Below the pieces are notes generated by a model. That model was not told where the DNA came from, made no database searches, and saw only the letters and a list, made by a program, of their open reading frames with translations. The translations under genes were made by a program, and so were the position numbers. Shown here piece by piece: positions 59,012-64,000 of a stretch of DNA of 64,000 nt. Within the stretch, counting starts at the first letter, position 1, and each line of letters opens with the position of its first letter. This DNA comes from Candidatus Magasanikbacteria bacterium CG1_02_41_34 (GTDB lineage Bacteria > Patescibacteriota > Patescibacteriia > Magasanikbacterales > UBA922), in NCBI GenBank assembly GCA_001871445.1, contig MNVD01000011.1, forward strand, positions 29,382 to 93,381, read 5' to 3'.

Positions 59012-59326
59012 ATGGGCAAATTTAATAAAGGCGTTGTACTCGGGGGAGTTCTTGGTGCAGCACTTGTGTGGCTCAATACCAGTACAAAAGGAAAACACTA
59101 TCGTAGCCAACTTGTTGAACAAGCATCTGATATTTATGAAAAAGTAAAACAGGAAGTGCAGCAAAGTGGTGCGATGGATAAAATGAATAAAAATAAATAT
59201 GTGTCTATGGTAAAGAAAGCTGTAGATAAACATGCTATTGAAAATGGCATGGTTGCAAATGTAAAAAATACAATTGTACGTCTTCTCAGTAGTCAGTGGA
59301 AAACGTTTAAAAAGGAAGTGAAATAA
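59012..59326 (+). CDS. YtxH-like small membrane-anchored protein
   Basis: GVVLGGVLGAALVWL...KGK.YR..L pattern; upstream TGcTATACT extended -10 at 58945-58953. Confidence 0.6.
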   Translation: MGKFNKGVVLGGVLGAALVWLNTSTKGKHYRSQLVEQASDIYEKVKQEVQQSGAMDKMNKNKYVSMVKKAVDKHAIENGMVANVKNTIVRLLSSQWKTFKKEVK

Positions 59327-59332
59327 TAATTT

Positions 59333-60367
59333 ATGTCATCTCTTGAAACTTATTTTGATAAAGCAATTGAAGCTGGTGCATCAGATATTCATCTTGTGGC
59401 AGGAGAATATCCGATGATTCGTGTCGAGGGGGTGCTTACCAATATTGCGGAAAAAGAACTCACAGAGACAATAGTTACCACACTTGTCAATGAGTTATTA
59501 TCTGCTGACGAACGAAAAGAATTTGAAGAAATAAAGGATGCTGATGTAAGTTATGCACATGGTGATGTACGGTTTCGTGTGAATGTACATAGTCAGGACG
59601 GAAAAGTGGGTGTTGCTGCGCGCCTTATTCCAAAAGAAATTCCTACTCCAGATCAACTTCGGTTTGAGTCTGTCCTTAGGGGTGCGACAGATTTGCTTGA
59701 TGGTCTTGTTCTGGTCGTAGGGCCTACAGGCCATGGAAAATCCACAACGATAGCAAGTCTGATTGAAGAAATAAACAAAAGTAGAAAAGCACATATTATT
59801 ACAATAGAAGATCCTATAGAGTTTGTTTTTGAAGACAAAGAAAGTCTTATCGAACAACGAGAAATTGGGATTGATACACCATCGTTTGCAAGTGCACTCA
59901 AACATATCCTCCGGCAAGATCCTGATGTCATTGTCGTAGGAGAAATGCGTGATCCAGAGACGATTGCCACGGTTCTGACTGCTGCTGAAACAGGACATCT
60001 TGTATTTTCTACCCTCCATACTTCTTCTGCCGCAGAAGCGATTGAGCGTATTGTAGATGTATTTGACGGAGCAAAACAAAAACAAGTTTTAATTCAGCTT
60101 GCGGCAGTCTTACGCATTGTGGTTTCTCAGCAACTTATCCCAACTGTAAATGGAAAGCGTGTGGTTGCTCGTGAAATATTGATCAATACACCTGCTGTAT
60201 CAAATCTTATTCGAGAAAATAATATTTCGCAGATAGGGAGTATACTCCAGACTAATGCAAAAGAGGGGATGATATCTATGGGGCGTGCAGTCGAAGCACT
60301 CGAAAAAGAAGGCTTGATTGATGAAGCGATGGCAAAGAAGCGTACAGAAAAACAACGAAAAGCATAG
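59333..60367 (+). CDS. pilT: Type IV pilus retraction ATPase PilT/PilU family
   Basis: ASDIHL, GPTGHGKSTT, TIEDPIE, LRQDPDVIVVGEMRD, AETGHLVFSTLHT. Confidence 0.92.
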   Translation: MSSLETYFDKAIEAGASDIHLVAGEYPMIRVEGVLTNIAEKELTETIVTTLVNELLSADERKEFEEIKDADVSYAHGDVRFRVNVHSQDGKVGVAARLIPKEIPTPDQLRFESVLRGATDLLDGLVLVVGPTGHGKSTTIASLIEEINKSRKAHIITIEDPIEFVFEDKESLIEQREIGIDTPSFASALKHILRQDPDVIVVGEMRDPETIATVLTAAETGHLVFSTLHTSSAAEAIERIVDVFDGAKQKQVLIQLAAVLRIVVSQQLIPTVNGKRVVAREILINTPAVSNLIRENNISQIGSILQTNAKEGMISMGRAVEALEKEGLIDEAMAKKRTEKQRKA

Positions 60368-60400
60368 TGCTTCAAAAAAATATCCTGTACTTGCTGCTTT

Positions 60401-62191
60401 ATGTCACGGAAGAGAATTCAAAACAGAAATACTGCCGTTGCCTCACACTATAGCGAGGAGGTGGCTGAAACCGCGCGGCTTAAGATTGCCGCGCTTTGTA
60501 TCGTGGCGGTGACAGTAGTTCTCGTCATACGACTTTTTTCTCTCATGGTGTTGCAACACGCATTTTATACTGCGCTCGCAGCTGGTTCACATACATTGTA
60601 TGAACAATTATTTCCTGATAGAGGAAGCGTTTACATCCAAGATTCACGCACTGGAGAAGAATTTCCTCTGGCTATCAATAAAGATGTCTTTACGATATTT
60701 GTTGATACTCGCCAACTAGAAACGGAAGAAGATTCCAACAACGTTGTTGATGCACTGGCAAGTGCATTTTCCTATGATGATGAAAAAAAAATGGATATAT
60801 TGGATAGAATCAATGGAAAAGACGATCCGTACGAACCCGTTGAGCAAGATGTTGAAGAATCAATTGTTGATAGTTTGAAAGAAAAAAAATTGCCAGGACT
60901 TGGTTTTGTGCGTCATCCTATTCGGTACTATCCAGAAGGAACCCTCGCCGCACAAACAATCGGATTTGTGGGGAAAACTGATGATGGAAGTGATATTGGA
61001 CGCTATGGGATAGAAGGTTATTGGCAGGAAGAACTTGCTGGGAGCGGGGGATTTCTCGAAGCAAGTAAGAGTCTTGGTGGTGGTGTCATTGCTTTTGCCT
61101 CAAAATCATTCAAACCTGCTCAGGATGGAGCAGATATATTGCTCACCCTCGACCGAACATTGCAGTATAAGGCGTGTGAGAGGATGAGAGTGGCGATGGA
61201 GGATTATGGTGCGACCAGTGGCGCATTACTCATTTTAGAACCCAAAACAGGTGCTATACGTGCTATGTGTTCATTGCCAGATTTTGATCCCAATACATAC
61301 AATAAAGTAGAAGATGCTCGAGCATATAATAACACCACCATTTTTACCCCCTACGAACCGGGTTCTATTTTCAAACCGATCACGATGGCTGCTGCACTCA
61401 ATGAGGAAAAGGTACAGCCTGATACGTATTTTTATGATAGCGGATCTGTGGATGCAAACTGTACCAAACCAATTAAAAATGCAGAGAGTAAAGCCTACAA
61501 AGATCAGACAATGACAGGGGTTTTAGAAAATTCTATCAACACTGGCATGGTGCATGTGGTCCAGCAGTTGGGGAAGCATCCGTTTATTTCATATCTTGAA
61601 TCGTTTGGGTTTGGTGTGAAAATTGGCATTCAGCTTGACAGTGAAACCACAGGAACGATCAATACACTGTATGTCAATAAAAAAGATGATGTGGATTGTT
61701 ATACTGCTACAGCATCATTTGGACAGGGTATCACTGCCACGCCACTCCAGATGGCAAGCGCATTTGCCGCGATTGCAAACGGAGGAACGATGATGAGACC
61801 CTACATTGTCCAGGAAGTACGGTATGCTGATGGAACAATAGATCGAACCGTTCCAGAAGTATTGAGAAACATTGTTAGCAATCATGCCGCGTCACTTCTT
61901 TCTGCCATGCTTGTGCGTGTGATTGATAGCGGACAAGCACATGCGGCGGCTATTCCGGGGTATTATATTGCAGGAAAGACCGGAACAGCGCAAATCGCAG
62001 GACCTGGTGGATATGGTATTGACACCAATCATTCCTTTGTTGGATTTGGACCGGTGGATGATCCGAAGTTTGTCATGATCGTAAAGTTTGAAAAACCAAA
62101 ACGAGCCTATGCCGACAGCACTACGATTCCTGTGTTTGCCGATGTCGGCGCATTTCTCGTTGATTATTATCATATCCCTCCGAGTAGATAA
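60401..62191 (+). CDS. Class B penicillin-binding protein (FtsI/PBP2-like)
   Basis: TM anchor, RG.., R.YP.G, G.E; SxxK (GSIFK), SxN (SIN), KTG (GKTGTAQ). Confidence 0.93.
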   Translation: MSRKRIQNRNTAVASHYSEEVAETARLKIAALCIVAVTVVLVIRLFSLMVLQHAFYTALAAGSHTLYEQLFPDRGSVYIQDSRTGEEFPLAINKDVFTIFVDTRQLETEEDSNNVVDALASAFSYDDEKKMDILDRINGKDDPYEPVEQDVEESIVDSLKEKKLPGLGFVRHPIRYYPEGTLAAQTIGFVGKTDDGSDIGRYGIEGYWQEELAGSGGFLEASKSLGGGVIAFASKSFKPAQDGADILLTLDRTLQYKACERMRVAMEDYGATSGALLILEPKTGAIRAMCSLPDFDPNTYNKVEDARAYNNTTIFTPYEPGSIFKPITMAAALNEEKVQPDTYFYDSGSVDANCTKPIKNAESKAYKDQTMTGVLENSINTGMVHVVQQLGKHPFISYLESFGFGVKIGIQLDSETTGTINTLYVNKKDDVDCYTATASFGQGITATPLQMASAFAAIANGGTMMRPYIVQEVRYADGTIDRTVPEVLRNIVSNHAASLLSAMLVRVIDSGQAHAAAIPGYYIAGKTGTAQIAGPGGYGIDTNHSFVGFGPVDDPKFVMIVKFEKPKRAYADSTTIPVFADVGAFLVDYYHIPPSR

Positions 62192-62198
62192 ATTATCA

Positions 62199-62247
62199 AT
62201 AAACAAAAAACAATAAACAGGTTCACTGTTCATTGTTTTTTGTTTAT
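62199..62247. terminator. Bidirectional terminator between the PBP gene and the tRNAs
   Basis: ATAAACAAAAAACAATAAACAG-gttca-CTGTTCATTGTTTTTTGTTTAT. Confidence 0.65.
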
Positions 62248-62259
62248 ATTGTGCTTTTG

Positions 62260-62333
62260 TGTCAGGAGGGAGAATCGAACTCCCGACCTTAGGGTTATGA
62301 GTCCTACGCTCTAACCGACTGAGCTACCCTGAC
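62260..62333 (-). tRNA. tRNA with CAT anticodon (elongator Met or Ile2); CCA not encoded
   Basis: GTCAGGGTAGCTCAGTCGGTTAGAGCGTAGGACTCATAACCCTAAGGTCGGGAGTTCGATTCTCCCTCCTGACA folds as a cloverleaf; the G1-C72 pair argues against an initiator. Confidence 0.9.
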
Positions 62334-62409
62334 TCGGTTTTTGTGAGAAGTATTGTTTTGACATGCTTTTTCCTGTCAGTCGCAATCCCAATTTTATTGG
62401 GATGAAACC

Positions 62410-62484
62410 TGGTAGCCCGTAGGGGAATCGAACCCCTGTTACTAGGATGAGAACCTAGCGTCCTAGCCACTAGACGAACGGGCC
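62410..62484 (-). tRNA. tRNA-Glu(CTC)
   Basis: GGCCCGTTCGTCTAGTGGCTAGGACGCTAGGTTCTCATCCTAGTAACAGGGGTTCGATTCCCCTACGGGCTACCA. Confidence 0.95.
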
Positions 62485-62518
62485 TTGCTTTCATGCCTAT
62501 ATGTAGGCAGTGAGCAAG

Positions 62519-62547
62519 AGTATAGTCACAAATGTACTTTTCGTCAA
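62519..62547 (-). promoter_or_regulatory. Promoter of the tRNA pair
   Basis: TTGACG-N17-TATACT on the minus strand. Confidence 0.7.
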
Positions 62548-62595
62548 TACAATACCCGTCCTACAGTATGAAGGACAGGTATGTATATAACTGTA

Positions 62596-62931
62596 TTATA
62601 TGGAACTTGGTGTGTTCATCTCAGTATGTTCAGAAATTGATTTCTTTTTTTTGAGACAATCCTTCAATGCTTTGCCAGCTTTAAATTTTGGAACGGTCAC
62701 AGGTGGAATTTGAATTTTTTCAGTAGGATTTTGTGGATTGACTCCTGTGCGTCCTGCGCGTGTTTTTGCACTAAAAGCCCCAAATCCTGCGATGGTCACA
62801 GACCCATCTCGTTGGAGAGTTTTCATGACGACATCGACAAATGCGGCAATCATGTCTTCTGCTTCTTTTTTTGAAACGCCAACTTTTTCGGCGATGCGCT
62901 CTGCAAGCGCAGCTTTGTTTACTTTATTCAT
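62596..62931 (-). CDS. hup: HU family DNA-binding protein
   Basis: NKAALAE.IA, V.IAGFGAF, R.GRTGVNPQ, VPKFKAGKALKD. Confidence 0.93.
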   Translation of the reverse strand: MNKVNKAALAERIAEKVGVSKKEAEDMIAAFVDVVMKTLQRDGSVTIAGFGAFSAKTRAGRTGVNPQNPTEKIQIPPVTVPKFKAGKALKDCLKKKKSISEHTEMNTPSSI

Positions 62932-62961
62932 ATTAGTAAAGTTATTTCAAACTATATCAAT

Positions 62962-62989
62962 AGTATACAGCAATGATTATTTATGTCAA
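62962..62989 (-). promoter_or_regulatory. Promoter of the HU gene
   Basis: TTGACA-N16-TATACT on the minus strand. Confidence 0.65.
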
Positions 62990-63044
62990 CAGAGCAAAAA
63001 CATTAGGTGCTTAGAAATCAAGGAAGGCTTAGAAGGTATGTACA

Positions 63045-63076
63045 AAAAAACGTTCGAATTATCTCGAACGTTTTTT
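63045..63076 (-). terminator. Terminator of rny
   Basis: AAAAAACGTTCGA-attatc-TCGAACGTTTTTT. Confidence 0.8.
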
Positions 63077-63123
63077 AAATGTTGCTTTCTAAGCCTACTA
63101 GACCTTCCTAGATTTCCGAGCTT

Positions 63124-64000
63124 TTAACGAGCGTACTCAATCACACGTGTTTCTCGGATGACATTTACTTTGATCTCACCTGGATATTGCAATTCACTTT
63201 CAATTTTCCGAGCAATATCTTTTGCTAGGTTGTATGCTGCGTAGTCATCAATTTCTTCTGGTGTGACAAAGACGCGTACTTCACGACCTGCTTGGATAGC
63301 ATAGACTTTTTCGATGCCTGGGAAGCTCATTGCGGTTTCCTCAAGTTCTTTGAGTCTACTTACATACTGTTCATAGGTGTCTCGGCGTGCACCTGTGCGA
63401 GATGCAGAGATTGCATCTGCTGCCATGACCAATTTTGTCAGGAGGAGTGGTGGATTGGTATCATGGTGCGTGTTGCAGACCTCTGCAAAGTCCGCATGCA
63501 TATTGAATTTTTCCATGATTTTCTTTCCGATCTCTGTATGAGCTCCCTCTGTATCATGGTCGATTGCTTTCCCAATATCATGAAAAAATCCTGCTTTTCG
63601 AGCATGTGCTGGGTCCATGCCGACTTCTTCTGCAATAAGTCCCGCAATATGTCCAACTTCGAGAGAATGGTTCAAAACATTTTGTCCGTAACTTGTTCTA
63701 TATTTCAAACGACCTACGATTGATGCGAGTTTTGGATCTGAAGCAATGATACCCATTTCTTGAAGAGCTACTTCACCAGATTTTTTCAAATCAATAGCAA
63801 GATCACGTTTTGCCTCTTCGATGTATTCTTCAATTTTTGCTGGCTGAATACGACCATCCTTGATTAGTTTTTCAATCGCGAGTTGGCAGACACGTCTGCG
63901 GATAGGGGAGAAGCTGGATATAACAAGCATTTCAGGTGTTTCATCAATAATGATTTCACAGCCAGTCATGCGCTCTATTGTCTTGATGTTTCGTCCTTCT
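63124..64000 (-). CDS. rny: Ribonuclease Y (5'-partial)
   Basis: KH remnant EGRNIKTIE, DGRIQPAKIE, RTSYGQNVLNHS, HDIGK, ADAISASRTGAR, AIQAGREVRV, YPGEIKVNVIRETR. Confidence 0.96.
   Translation of the reverse strand, partial: EGRNIKTIERMTGCEIIIDETPEMLVISSFSPIRRRVCQLAIEKLIKDGRIQPAKIEEYIEEAKRDLAIDLKKSGEVALQEMGIIASDPKLASIVGRLKYRTSYGQNVLNHSLEVGHIAGLIAEEVGMDPAHARKAGFFHDIGKAIDHDTEGAHTEIGKKIMEKFNMHADFAEVCNTHHDTNPPLLLTKLVMAADAISASRTGARRDTYEQYVSRLKELEETAMSFPGIEKVYAIQAGREVRVFVTPEEIDDYAAYNLAKDIARKIESELQYPGEIKVNVIRETRVIEYAR

Overview
Bacterial chromosomal window, standard genetic code, AT-rich, with almost no Shine-Dalgarno motifs. The gene repertoire (DUF5667-type protein, CPR-type surface domains, pilT, ECF sigma) suggests a Patescibacteria/CPR (Parcubacteria-like) genome; this is inference, not a database result. 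The window is mostly a ~50 kb cell-surface locus. An ECF sigma factor and putative anti-sigma are followed by a ~310-nt highly structured RNA leader and a 1221-aa Ser/Thr-rich S-layer-like protein. Next come two O-antigen-ligase/O-oligosaccharyltransferase-TPR genes and a ~33 kb glycan cluster: GT2/GT4s, gmd/fcl, a Wzx flippase, 8 methyltransferase domains, an Arn-like amino-sugar/GT-C/GtrA module and UDP-sugar dehydrogenases. A priming glycosylphosphotransferase, surface proteins and a subtilase follow. The window ends with pilT, a class B PBP, tRNA(CAT), tRNA-Glu, HU and a partial rny. The best candidate for an undescribed system is a CPR S-layer O-glycosylation locus. It carries unexpected passengers (NadE-like, HD-domain and QW-repeat proteins) and several recombination scars (paralog fragments, an acyltransferase remnant, a frameshifted methyltransferase). 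No CRISPR, rRNA, transposase, integrase or reverse transcriptase was seen.
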